From positions 11,327-75,326 of the forward strand of contig CAINNR010000015.1 in the NCBI GenBank assembly GCA_903851235.1: a stretch of DNA of 64,000 bases, written 5' to 3'. Position numbers and translations under genes: made by a program. The notes beneath the pieces were generated by a model that saw only the letters and a program-made list of their open reading frames with translations, did no database searches and was not told the origin of the DNA. Below are positions 1 to 8,752 of this stretch, one piece after another (positions within the stretch are counted from its first letter, which is position 1; each line of letters opens with the position of its first letter). Source of the DNA: an uncultured Candidatus Berkelbacteria bacterium. Its GTDB lineage: Bacteria; Patescibacteriota; UBA1384; XYA2-FULL-43-10; CAINNR01.

Positions 1-696
1 GATATTTTGTCGCTGTTAATGTTGCAAAACCAAACAAAAATGCTGTCGGACGATCTATCACAGGCAACATTCAATTTACCGGTTAAAAATACCGCCGGCG
101 CCGATGTTTATCCCGGCAAAAACGCCGTTGATTTTTACTCGAGCTATTCAAATCCGGCAGCAGCAAACTACACTTGGAACCCCTCAATGCCGAATGATGT
201 CGACGCTTTTGTCCAGAATAAGGCGGCGATGATCTTCGGCTACTCGGATTTGGCGACCTATCTGCGCCAAGTTTACCCGAACTTTCAATTTCAGCAAGCG
301 CTAATGCCGCAGGTCGGCGACATCAATAATATTGTCGATTATGCCCATTACACTTCCTACGTTGTGCCTGAAGCATCGCCAAACGCTTCAACCGCTTGGG
401 AGTTTATCACCTCGCTTTCAACCGACGAAGCTTCAACTTACAAATCGGCGACAAAGGAAATTTCTTCGAAAAAAGTTGAAACTGATGTTGTGCTGAAAAA
501 TCGTGGTGATGGCGCGCCAACGCAGGATCAGATCAAAACCGCCCAGAGTTGGAACAAGGGTCGTTATCCGGTTGATATCGATACGCAGTTAAAACAAGCG
601 ATCGATCGAGTCAATTCTCACGCCCAAACCTCGCAAGCATCGCTTGATACCGCGGCGTCAAATGTCACTGAGCTTTTACGAAAAACAACTTGGTAG
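1..696 (+). CDS. Extracellular solute-binding protein, carbohydrate ABC type (5'-truncated by window edge)
   Basis: Frame open from base 1. DAFVQNKAAMIFGY, ALMPQ and AWEFI match the C-terminal half of sugar-type SBPs. Confidence 0.75.
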   Translation, partial: DILSLLMLQNQTKMLSDDLSQATFNLPVKNTAGADVYPGKNAVDFYSSYSNPAAANYTWNPSMPNDVDAFVQNKAAMIFGYSDLATYLRQVYPNFQFQQALMPQVGDINNIVDYAHYTSYVVPEASPNASTAWEFITSLSTDEASTYKSATKEISSKKVETDVVLKNRGDGAPTQDQIKTAQSWNKGRYPVDIDTQLKQAIDRVNSHAQTSQASLDTAASNVTELLRKTTW

Positions 697-723
697 TGCG
701 GAATTTATCCGATTAGTTTATGA

Positions 724-747
724 ATCCTGAATCAAATTCAGGATGAC
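724..747. repeat. Short REP-like palindrome
   Basis: ATCCTGAAT-CAA-ATTCAGGAT perfect 9-bp stem followed by GAC, intergenic. Confidence 0.5.
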
Positions 748-761
748 AAGCGGAAATAATT

Positions 762-1241
762 ATGACACTGATATTCAAAAAAATTGCTTTCACTGTTTTT
801 ACTGTGTTTTTCGTTTTTTGTTTTTTTCTGAATTTTGCTTATGCAGCCACGACACCGGCAACAACAACTACCCCTGCAACAACATCGACTACCGCCGCCG
901 GTGTCGGTGTCGGTGTCAGTTACCCCGGTGGTGCAAATTCGAATGTTATCAAAAGCGGCGGCAGTTACACTTATACCCAGTACATTTGTCTACTCTACAG
1001 TTTTGGGATGAAAGCTGCAGTCGCCCTGTCAATTTTAATGATCGTTTACGCCGGCTATAAATACCTGACCAGCCGCGGCGACTCCGGTTCGATTAATGAG
1101 GCCAAGGATATTTTAGTCAGCACTTTAATGGGCGTGGCACTTTTAATGTTGGTAGTTCTTATCGCCAACATCGCCGGACTTAAGACCGAAAATTGGCTCT
1201 TAAGTCCCAATGCAGATAAATCCTGTTCACTCGAAAACTAA
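762..1241 (+). CDS. TrbC/VirB2-like (CPR-type T4SS) pilin
   Basis: Signal peptide ending AYA, Thr-rich linker, then MIVYAGYKYLTSRGDSGSINEAKDILVSTLMG two-helix pilin motif. Confidence 0.8.
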   Translation: MTLIFKKIAFTVFTVFFVFCFFLNFAYAATTPATTTTPATTSTTAAGVGVGVSYPGGANSNVIKSGGSYTYTQYICLLYSFGMKAAVALSILMIVYAGYKYLTSRGDSGSINEAKDILVSTLMGVALLMLVVLIANIAGLKTENWLLSPNADKSCSLEN

Positions 1242-1250
1242 ATAATTATT

Positions 1251-3335
1251 ATGTCAGAAAAAAAACCTATTTCAACTCGAATGATAACAAATGTCTTAAT
1301 TTCATTGTTCGGTTTTGTTATTCTGGGAGCGACAATTTTAATAAGCTGGCAAATTTGGCTCGCATCGGCCGACAACCTTTATGTCACCGACCCGAGCTTT
1401 ACCGTTTCTTATCCGCAACCAAAATTTAATTTGGCCAGTGATATTCCCAAAACTTATGTGATTAGAAAAAATGTTCCTGACATCAACGGCGTAATGCGCG
1501 ACTTTTTGGAGGTTTATGACAAGACAACTGTCGATGCGGCATTAGGTAACAACACAAAACAGCCACCAACTTATGCCATCAATTTCCAAGTAGGTGGCAC
1601 GACACATCGGATGGCGATTTTGCCTTTGACTAGTTATGATTATTCAAAAAACGGGGGCGCCAGCCTTGATTCAGCAACTTACAAGCTTCTGACTTATGCC
1701 GAATCAGTTGCAACAACCGATCAAGCCAGCGAAATTGATACCGCCAGAACTAAATATGGCGATGCCGCCAGCCCGACAACTTTGACTAACGCCTCTGTTT
1801 ATGTCAGGCCGTCAGTCAACAGCGTTCCCGCTGACGGCAAAACCGTCGTGCCAATAAAAATTTCAATCAATCCGTCACGAATTGATTCAAAACTGATAAA
1901 TCATGTTTCGGTTTTCGCCACCACATCCGCCACCACATTTACACCAACCGTTGATGATGCCGGAAAACAGGCAATTTGCACCGATGCCAATACCAAGCCG
2001 CCAACCGCACCACTATCGAACCTTTTGGGCGAAACAACTTGCGACGCCAGTGGAAATTGCGGCAGTGTTAATTTCACTGCGCCAAGCTCCACCGGCGCCC
2101 ATCAAATTTTTGCCGTTGCGATGAAATCGAATACAAAAACCGCTTGCGCTTCGGCAAATGTTTTAGGCTGGTCAGTTCTTGACGGATCGCAGTTAATCAA
2201 TGTTTATAAAGGTGTGGTTGAGTCCGGTGCCGATTTGACAGTTTCTTTTAACAACCCAGTCACCGTCGGTACACAATTTTTGGTTCGAGTACAAAGCACA
2301 AATCCGAAAATCGACCACGTTTCGCTTTTTGTCGCTAAAACCGGCGATGGCGGTTATGATTCAATTGATAACGCCGGGATTTGCAAAGCTGCCAATGCCA
2401 ATGACGCAACCACTAGTTGCACACTTTGTCTCCATGGCATAGCCGATTTCTCCGCCGGTGTTCGCGACCAAGCAATTCCGGTAACATTGGACCAGAGCGG
2501 CGAACACCGAATTATCGCTGTCGGTGTCTCCGATAAAAATCCTTGCTCCGCTGCTGATCCGGCAAGCAGTGTTGTCGGTAATTTGGTCACGGTTAACAAG
2601 GAAGGTGTCGTCTCCGCCGTCTCCGCCACTGATATCACCGGCACCGGTAAAACCGATGCAACCGGAAATGCAGGGAGTGGTGGTGGCTCCGGAACTTCAG
2701 TTGACACCGGTAGTGGGTATGTTAAGCCAGGTTGGGCTACAAGTCTCGCCAAATCGGTATCCATCACGAACATCGAGACTCTACTTAAGAAGCTCGGGCC
2801 GTTCACCCTTTATATCCTCGGTTTTCTCGCCGTACTGGCAATAATTATTGCTGGAATGAAATATATTTCCTCCTCCGGCGATCAGAAAAAATCCGAATCG
2901 GGCAAAAAAGCCCTGCTCTATTCGGTCTACGGGATTATCGCAACCGTTCTTTGCGTCGAGTTGGTCCAACTGACCATTTCCGAAGTTCAAAAAATCGTTG
3001 GTAACAAATTGGACACTAGCGCGTTGAATCCTAACAGCGGGACGGGGTTGTTATCGGGTATGGGTGGCGGGCCGAACGCCAGCGTTATGGACATTATCGG
3101 TCACAAAGATCCCCCATATGGATTTATTTGGCAGGTAATTACTCTAGCGGTTTATTACGCCGAATTCGTTGCCGTCTTTTACATTTTGTATGCCAGCTTT
3201 TTGTACATCACTTCATTTGGTGATGACAGCAAGGCCGAGAGCGCCAAAAAAACCATCATTTGGGCGGTTATCGGCATGGCTTTCATAATTTCCGCCAATG
3301 TCTTGCTCGGCATTTTCGGCAATGTACTGTCATAA
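1251..3335 (+). CDS. Large surface protein with two tandem C-terminal VirB2-like pilin domains
   Basis: N-terminal TM/signal, Cys-containing beta-rich repeats, then IIAGMKYISSSGDQKKSESGKK and LYASFLYITSFGDDSKAESAKK pilin motifs. Confidence 0.75.
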   Translation: MSEKKPISTRMITNVLISLFGFVILGATILISWQIWLASADNLYVTDPSFTVSYPQPKFNLASDIPKTYVIRKNVPDINGVMRDFLEVYDKTTVDAALGNNTKQPPTYAINFQVGGTTHRMAILPLTSYDYSKNGGASLDSATYKLLTYAESVATTDQASEIDTARTKYGDAASPTTLTNASVYVRPSVNSVPADGKTVVPIKISINPSRIDSKLINHVSVFATTSATTFTPTVDDAGKQAICTDANTKPPTAPLSNLLGETTCDASGNCGSVNFTAPSSTGAHQIFAVAMKSNTKTACASANVLGWSVLDGSQLINVYKGVVESGADLTVSFNNPVTVGTQFLVRVQSTNPKIDHVSLFVAKTGDGGYDSIDNAGICKAANANDATTSCTLCLHGIADFSAGVRDQAIPVTLDQSGEHRIIAVGVSDKNPCSAADPASSVVGNLVTVNKEGVVSAVSATDITGTGKTDATGNAGSGGGSGTSVDTGSGYVKPGWATSLAKSVSITNIETLLKKLGPFTLYILGFLAVLAIIIAGMKYISSSGDQKKSESGKKALLYSVYGIIATVLCVELVQLTISEVQKIVGNKLDTSALNPNSGTGLLSGMGGGPNASVMDIIGHKDPPYGFIWQVITLAVYYAEFVAVFYILYASFLYITSFGDDSKAESAKKTIIWAVIGMAFIISANVLLGIFGNVLS

Positions 3336-3346
3336 TTTTTTGGCTG

Positions 3347-3424
3347 ATTTTGTCCGTACTTTCGAGATTCATTGGCCCGCAAGATCACCTTCGGTAGACT
3401 CCGGAAGATGATTAAGTAGGAGGA
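3347..3424. repeat. Dispersed ~80-bp element, copy A
   Basis: Reverse complement aligns with 44360-44438. The 19-bp core TCACCTTCGGTAGACTCCG (3385-3403) is identical. Confidence 0.8.
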
Positions 3425-3448
3425 AGTTTTCACGAAATTCCAAAAAAC

Positions 3449-3515
3449 TTGACAACCTTTTAGCAATGATACTAGAATATAATTAAGCAATAAATTAAAT
3501 AAAATTTGAGGAGGA
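3449..3515 (+). promoter_or_regulatory. Sigma70 promoter and strong RBS of pilin gene
   Basis: TTGACA (3449) -18 bp- TAGAAT (3473); GAGGAGG at 3508. Confidence 0.65.
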
Positions 3516-3860
3516 ATGATGATTTCGACGATTATGAATTGGTTGGTTCCAAAAGCACATGCGGCGATGACATGGAATTTTCTTACGGTTAGCGAGACCG
3601 CCGGGGGAACTGGTACAACTGGACTCACGAGCATTGCTGACAAAATAATTACTTGGGCATCACTTATCGCGGGTATATTAGCTGTTCTATTTCTTATTTA
3701 TTCCGGCATCCTCTATATCACAGCCGGGGGGAATCCAGATTCCGCCAAAAAAGGTCAACAAGGTATTATCAATGCCATTATCGGAATTGTCATTATCACT
3801 ATAGCCTACTTTCTGGCCACAACAATCGCTCACTTCGCTGGCACTGCAACAACTCCTTAG
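3516..3860 (+). CDS. TrbC/VirB2-like pilin (probable major pilin)
   Basis: PKAHA processing-like site; FLIYSGILYITAGGNPDSAKKGQQGIINAIIG; has its own promoter, RBS and terminator. Confidence 0.85.
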   Translation: MMISTIMNWLVPKAHAAMTWNFLTVSETAGGTGTTGLTSIADKIITWASLIAGILAVLFLIYSGILYITAGGNPDSAKKGQQGIINAIIGIVIITIAYFLATTIAHFAGTATTP

Positions 3861-3892
3861 TAGTGCTTCCAGTACTCGTCCAAAAAACAATC

Positions 3893-3943
3893 AAAAACCG
3901 TCTTGACTTGTTGGAACTATCCAATAAATCGAGGCGGTTTTTT
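3893..3943. terminator. Bidirectional intrinsic terminator
   Basis: A5-CCGTCTTGACTTGTTGGA...TCCAATAAATCGAGGCGG-T6, a long stem with G-U pairs between convergent genes. Confidence 0.75.
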
Positions 3944-3965
3944 GTTTAGATCAATTAGATTTTAT

Positions 3966-5090
3966 TCAGGAGATAAAGTCCAAATAGTTTTCTCTGTTAA
4001 TAATTTTAAATGTCGCATTTTTGTAAGCAGACCAATCGCTCGGCGGCAAAACTTTTTTTAACGGAGACCATTTGCATTCAAAACCAAAAAGCCGACCGTC
4101 GCGCTCTTCAACCAAATCAATCTCTTGCCCGCCATAAGTTCGCCAAAAATAGGAATTACCATAAATACCCAAGTAAGTTCTCTTTTTCAATCGTTCGGCA
4201 ATTACAAAATTTTCCCACAATTGCCCGACATCATTTCTGTCATTAAGCGAATTAAATTGTGATATCACTGCGTTGCGAATACCGTTGTCAAGAAAAAAAT
4301 ATTTGCTTTTACTCGTCACTTCAGACCGAAGATTGCCACTGTAACCATTGAGTCGAAATATTACAAATGATTTTTCCAATAAATCCAGATAACGAGCAAC
4401 GGTTTTGACATCAATTGATAGTTGATTAGAAAGTTCATTTAAAGACACCTCTTTACCAATTTGAAAGGCCAAAAGTTTCAAAAGATCAAACAGCATTTTA
4501 GGGTTTTTGATTTTATCAAAGGCTAAAATATCCTTAAAAAGATAAGAGTTGGTTGTTTCTTCCAATATATTAATCTTTTCCGCTTTACTTTTTGCAAGCA
4601 AAACTTCCGGATAACTGCCAAAAATCATCAATTCAGTTAATTCTTCTTTTAATTCAAAAGTGTTTTTTGAATCCGATAGTTCGGTCTCTGCGATCGGAAA
4701 AAGTTTCAAAGTGGTTTTGCGACCGGTTAACGGCTCGCCAACTTGGTTTGCCAAATCAAAAGATGATGATCCGGTGGCGATAATTCGAAGTCCAGGTAGT
4801 TGGTCAACAAGAATTTTTAATCCTTGCCCGATTCCAGGAATCCGTTGCGCCTCGTCGATGGCTAAAAGTTCATATCCTTTAATATATTCTAAAATTTGTT
4901 TAAAATCTTCTGAGCCGAGAATTTGTTGGGTTCGAATGTTGTCACCGGAATCAAGTTTGTATTTTAATTTGCTTTTGTCCAAATAATTTTGCAAAAGTGT
5001 GGTTTTGCCTACGCGACGAGGACCCAAAATAATTAGGGCTTTACCTTGCTTTAAATATTTGTCCAAGTTGTCATAATATCTTTTTATCAT
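3966..5090 (-). CDS. AAA+ ATPase (AAA_14 + DUF4143 type)
   Basis: Walker A GPRRVGKTT, Walker B IDEAQ, TGSSS, C-terminal YFWRT..EIDLV..FECK PD-(D/E)xK-like tail. Confidence 0.9.
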   Translation of the reverse strand: MIKRYYDNLDKYLKQGKALIILGPRRVGKTTLLQNYLDKSKLKYKLDSGDNIRTQQILGSEDFKQILEYIKGYELLAIDEAQRIPGIGQGLKILVDQLPGLRIIATGSSSFDLANQVGEPLTGRKTTLKLFPIAETELSDSKNTFELKEELTELMIFGSYPEVLLAKSKAEKINILEETTNSYLFKDILAFDKIKNPKMLFDLLKLLAFQIGKEVSLNELSNQLSIDVKTVARYLDLLEKSFVIFRLNGYSGNLRSEVTSKSKYFFLDNGIRNAVISQFNSLNDRNDVGQLWENFVIAERLKKRTYLGIYGNSYFWRTYGGQEIDLVEERDGRLFGFECKWSPLKKVLPPSDWSAYKNATFKIINRENYLDFIS

Positions 5091-5096
5091 AAATCA

Positions 5097-5151
5097 ATGA
5101 TATCACACTCCATAAATTAAGTCAAATTTATGGAGTACCACTCCATAAATT
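5097..5151 (-). promoter_or_regulatory. Promoter with operator-like repeats upstream of AAA ATPase
   Basis: Minus strand TTGACT-17-TATCAT, 6 nt before ATG. ACTCCATAAATT at 5107 and 5140, and inverted at 5125-5136. Confidence 0.7.
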
Positions 5152-5176
5152 ATGACCAAAAACAAGCATTTTAATA

Positions 5177-5239
5177 CTAATCTTTCGTTACGCGCCAGAC
5201 TTCGGTTGTGGTGGTCACACCCTTTGGAACTTGAATCAA
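5177..5239 (-). repeat. Displaced duplicate of the last 21 codons of the PilB/GspE gene
   Basis: 54/63 nt identical to 5994-6056; encodes LIQVPKGVTTTTEVWRVTKD* versus LIQVLKGVTTTTEVWRVTKD*. Confidence 0.9.
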
Positions 5240-5276
5240 TTAAAATAATTAGATTGAATTGGAAATTGGCTTCGAA

Positions 5277-5611
5277 CTATTTGGCCAAAATCTTTTTTAC
5301 TTGTTTTTTCAGAACCGGTAAATCAATTTTTGCTACATCCCAAACTATTTTTAGGTCGATATCGTTATAGCCATGAATTAAGCGGTTTCTCATACCGGTA
5401 ACTTTGTGGGTTTCCAGTTCCGGATATTTTTCAATAAAATCATCTGACAGTTTTTTGTCGCTTCTCCAATTACCTCAATGTTTCGAAAAACCGCATCTTG
5501 AGTTTTGCCATCGTTGTCAAATTGATTAAAACTTATCTTTGAAGTATATTCTTCAATTTTTTAAATGCATTCAATTATGTCGTTCAGATATGGTTTATTT
5601 AGTTTTTTCAT
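5277..5611 (-). pseudogene. HEPN/DUF86 (HepT-like) RNase toxin, disrupted
   Basis: Manual translation MKKLNKPYLNDIIECI*KIEEY...DAVFRNIEVIGEAT, then a 1-nt deletion in an A6 run (5451-5456), then GMRNRLIHGYNDID (Rx4H motif) to TAG at 5277. Confidence 0.9.
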
Positions 5612-5897
5612 AAAAAATTTTTAAATCTTTTAAAATATATGGCTTAAATTCTTTGCGCAACATTTTCCCATCAGCCAAATCAATTTTCTTGCCGATTTTT
5701 TCTTCTAAGTCAGAATAAAGTCCGCCCATATCGAACAATGATGTGCCATCGGGATAAATAACATAAAAATCAATGTCGCTTTTTTCCGTTGCTTCTCCGC
5801 GGGCAAAGGAACCAAAAACTCCGGCACGGATGACACCATACTTTTTTAAAATTGGCGTTACAGAGATTTTTAATTGTTCCAACTCTTTGTCGTTCAT
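5595..5897 (-). CDS. Minimal nucleotidyltransferase antitoxin (MntA-like)
   Basis: FGSFARGEATEKSDIDF (GS-x10-DxD); overlaps the start of the HEPN gene. Start moved to the ATG downstream of TATAAT. Confidence 0.9.
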   Translation of the reverse strand: MNDKELEQLKISVTPILKKYGVIRAGVFGSFARGEATEKSDIDFYVIYPDGTSLFDMGGLYSDLEEKIGKKIDLADGKMLRKEFKPYILKDLKIFYEKTK

Positions 5898-5932
5898 GTT
5901 GAGCATATTATAACACAAAAATCATCCGTTTC

Positions 5933-5991
5933 GTCATTGCGAGGCAATCTATCTAATTGAAGATTGCCACGGCACGAATCCTCGCAATGAC
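5933..5991. repeat. REP-like branched palindrome
   Basis: GTCATTGCGAGG...CCTCGCAATGAC 12-bp outer stem with inner GCAATCT/AGATTGC stem. Confidence 0.75.
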
Positions 5992-5993
5992 AA

Positions 5994-7646
5994 TTAGTCT
6001 TTTGTTACACGCCAAACTTCGGTTGTTGTTGTCACACCTTTTAGAACTTGAATCAAACCATCCTGCTCCATTGTGATCATTCCCTCTGAGAGGGCGGTTT
6101 TTGTAAACTCGGCGATGGTTGCTTGCCGGCCGATAAGCGCTTCCATCTCCGCCGACGGCACCAAAACTTCGGCGATAACTTGGCGGCCGGAGTAACCGGA
6201 TTTGTTGCAAACCGTGCAACCGGCACCGCGCTTGAGTTTTATTTGATTGATCGGCAAATCGAGCATTGCGGCAATTTGCGGTTCAATCCGCTCCTTAATC
6301 GGAGAGAGAATATTCTTTATTTCTTCCCAAACCGGTTCGGTCGGCGAAAACTCCTCGGCACATTTGGGACAAACTTTTCGCACCAGCCGCTGGCCCATAA
6401 TTAAATTGATTGAACCGGCCAAAAGAAACGGCCGAACACCGATTTCCAAAAGTCGCGGTAGCGCGGCGGCAGCGGTGTTTGAGTGAAGTGTGGATAATAA
6501 GAGATGGCCCGTCAGCGCCGCCTGGACGCCGATTTCCGCTGTTTCCTTGTCGCGTATCTCACCAACCATTAAAATGTCCGGATCCTGGCGCAGTGCGGCT
6601 CGCAGACCATCGGCAAAAGTATAGTTGGCCTCCGGATCAACCTGGCTTTGTTCGACGCCGGAAATTCGGTATTCAATCGGGTCCTCAAGCGAGATAATTT
6701 TAATTCCAGGTTTTTTAAGCTCCATTATCATCGCATAAAGCGTCGTCGATTTTCCCGAGCCGGTCGGGCCGGTATTTAGTATCATACCGTGCGGTTTGGA
6801 AATCGCCGACTCGATTATTTTTACTGCATCCGGTCGGAAACCCAAATCGGCCAGCTTTTGAATCGACATCTCCTGACCCAGGAGCCGAAGGACGAGGCTT
6901 TCGCCGTAGGCCGAAGGCAAGGTTGAGACACGGAGGTCGATTCCGTTTGATCCGCGCTTAATCGAAAAACGTCCATCTTGCGGTTCAGCTGTGACATCCA
7001 TCTTTAATTTTGCCAGAAATTTTATCCGGGATAATAGAAATTTGTAAGTCTGGGTGTTCATTCGCAAAACATCCTGTAAGACACCATCAATTCGATATCG
7101 GGCCAAAAAATCGTCGGCACCGGGCTCGATGTGAATGTCGGAGGCATCCATTTTCGCTGCCGCAAATAATATCAAGTCAAGAAGTTCCGTCGTTGTCACC
7201 TTTTTCGCCGCCTCGGTGATGTCGGCAATCGTCTTGACCTGATCAATCAAATCCTCCTGCCGCTGAGAAACATTTAGGGCTTTCTTTTGCTGGCGTTCCT
7301 GTAGCTGGCGGAAAGAGTCAATGGCAAAAAGCAGGCCGGTTTTCGAAACCAACGAGAAGATGAACTTTGAATTATTCGTCCGCGAATACTCTTCAAGGTA
7401 ATTTTGTAACCGATCATTAACGGAACTGATGACCGCAAGCTTAATTTCCTTACCGATTTTCAAATACGGCACAAAGTTGAATTCCGACATTTTTTCCGCC
7501 GGAAACAGTAAATAAAGCTCGGAAGCAAATGGATAGCCGACCAAATCGATGTACGGCATGCCGAGCTTCCCGGCTAAACTTTGCGTCAGTTCCTCTTCAT
7601 CCTGCCGACGCAAATTAAACAATTTTTGATCAATATCAACCATCAA
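5994..7646 (-). CDS. pilB: Type IV pilus/T2SS assembly ATPase (PilB/GspE family)
   Basis: ASDIHIEP, PQDGR, GPTGSGKSTT, LEDPIEY, LRQDPD..VGEIRD, STLHSN, two CxxC motifs. Confidence 0.9.
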   Translation of the reverse strand: MMVDIDQKLFNLRRQDEEELTQSLAGKLGMPYIDLVGYPFASELYLLFPAEKMSEFNFVPYLKIGKEIKLAVISSVNDRLQNYLEEYSRTNNSKFIFSLVSKTGLLFAIDSFRQLQERQQKKALNVSQRQEDLIDQVKTIADITEAAKKVTTTELLDLILFAAAKMDASDIHIEPGADDFLARYRIDGVLQDVLRMNTQTYKFLLSRIKFLAKLKMDVTAEPQDGRFSIKRGSNGIDLRVSTLPSAYGESLVLRLLGQEMSIQKLADLGFRPDAVKIIESAISKPHGMILNTGPTGSGKSTTLYAMIMELKKPGIKIISLEDPIEYRISGVEQSQVDPEANYTFADGLRAALRQDPDILMVGEIRDKETAEIGVQAALTGHLLLSTLHSNTAAAALPRLLEIGVRPFLLAGSINLIMGQRLVRKVCPKCAEEFSPTEPVWEEIKNILSPIKERIEPQIAAMLDLPINQIKLKRGAGCTVCNKSGYSGRQVIAEVLVPSAEMEALIGRQATIAEFTKTALSEGMITMEQDGLIQVLKGVTTTTEVWRVTKD

Positions 7647-7707
7647 CCCTCCGGGAAGTTATAAGACAAGAGATACAAATGTTTGCAATTTCTAATTCGA
7701 TTATCGG

Positions 7708-8625
7708 TTATTGATTTGCCAGTTTGTTGTAAATCAGTGTCCAGTAAGTCGAAAAATAGGCGTTGATTATGCCGCTGATCAGTAATATCAGCGCAATGTA
7801 TGCCAAAGCGGCTGGCGCGCCAAAGGCGATAACGGCAGCGAAACCGCCGGCGAAATAAATTCCGACACCAATGGCAAATAACACTCCGCCGACGATTAAA
7901 GCGATGAGTGCTAACCCGATTCCGGCCGCTAAACTCAGCGCCGCTTGAATCAACCAGGCAAGAATCACATTGGCGAAGTGGTGATGAACCAACTCTCTGG
8001 CGGCCGAAAACGCCGCGATAATTTTTTTGTTTTTGATCACAATTTCCCGATAACCGAATTGCAGTATCCAGCTAAGATATGCCGCCATAACGATGATTCC
8101 CAAAATCAACAATAGTCCGACCGGAATGACGATGATTAAAAACCAAAGACTGACTGACGCAACCAAGATGATTAAAGTTGCAACCAGCCCGGCAAGAACG
8201 AACACAATTGCAAAAATCATCAGCGCTACAAGTAATGTTAATCCGACGAAGCGCCAAAAATAGTTTTGGCCGGTGTGAAACGCGCTGTGAAATTCCGGTT
8301 TTTCATCCTCCGATTCAGCTTTGCCGATACTATAAATCAAGCCGGCTTTGGCCGAATATGAAACAAAAAGTAGAATTAACGAGATGATAAAAATCGCCAG
8401 GACAATTACCGTAAATTCCGCTCGATTACCGGAGACCCAATCAGCCAGCTTGTTCATCGATGATTGCATTGTATTCGAAGTGTTGGAAAAACTGCTGCTG
8501 GAATTATAGTAATTACCGACACCGCCTCCACCCTCGGCCAAGGCGGCCAAAATTCCCAAATACCAAAGCGCGCGGTATTTTTTAATATAGCCGAATGTTT
8601 TCCTTAAAATTTCAGCCCATTTCAT
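7708..8625 (-). CDS. Polytopic membrane protein, unknown function
   Basis: About 6-7 hydrophobic helices; 305-aa ORF with AAGGAG RBS. Confidence 0.75.
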   Translation of the reverse strand: MKWAEILRKTFGYIKKYRALWYLGILAALAEGGGGVGNYYNSSSSFSNTSNTMQSSMNKLADWVSGNRAEFTVIVLAIFIISLILLFVSYSAKAGLIYSIGKAESEDEKPEFHSAFHTGQNYFWRFVGLTLLVALMIFAIVFVLAGLVATLIILVASVSLWFLIIVIPVGLLLILGIIVMAAYLSWILQFGYREIVIKNKKIIAAFSAARELVHHHFANVILAWLIQAALSLAAGIGLALIALIVGGVLFAIGVGIYFAGGFAAVIAFGAPAALAYIALILLISGIINAYFSTYWTLIYNKLANQ

Positions 8626-8752
8626 AGTTTCTCCTTCAAATATTAATCTTGTATATATTTTACCACAAAAATCATTTTTCTTGATTTGTCCGATGATTGA
8701 TGATATAAAGATTGTGCTCTAGACAAATACAATCCGGCGAAGGGACGACGAG

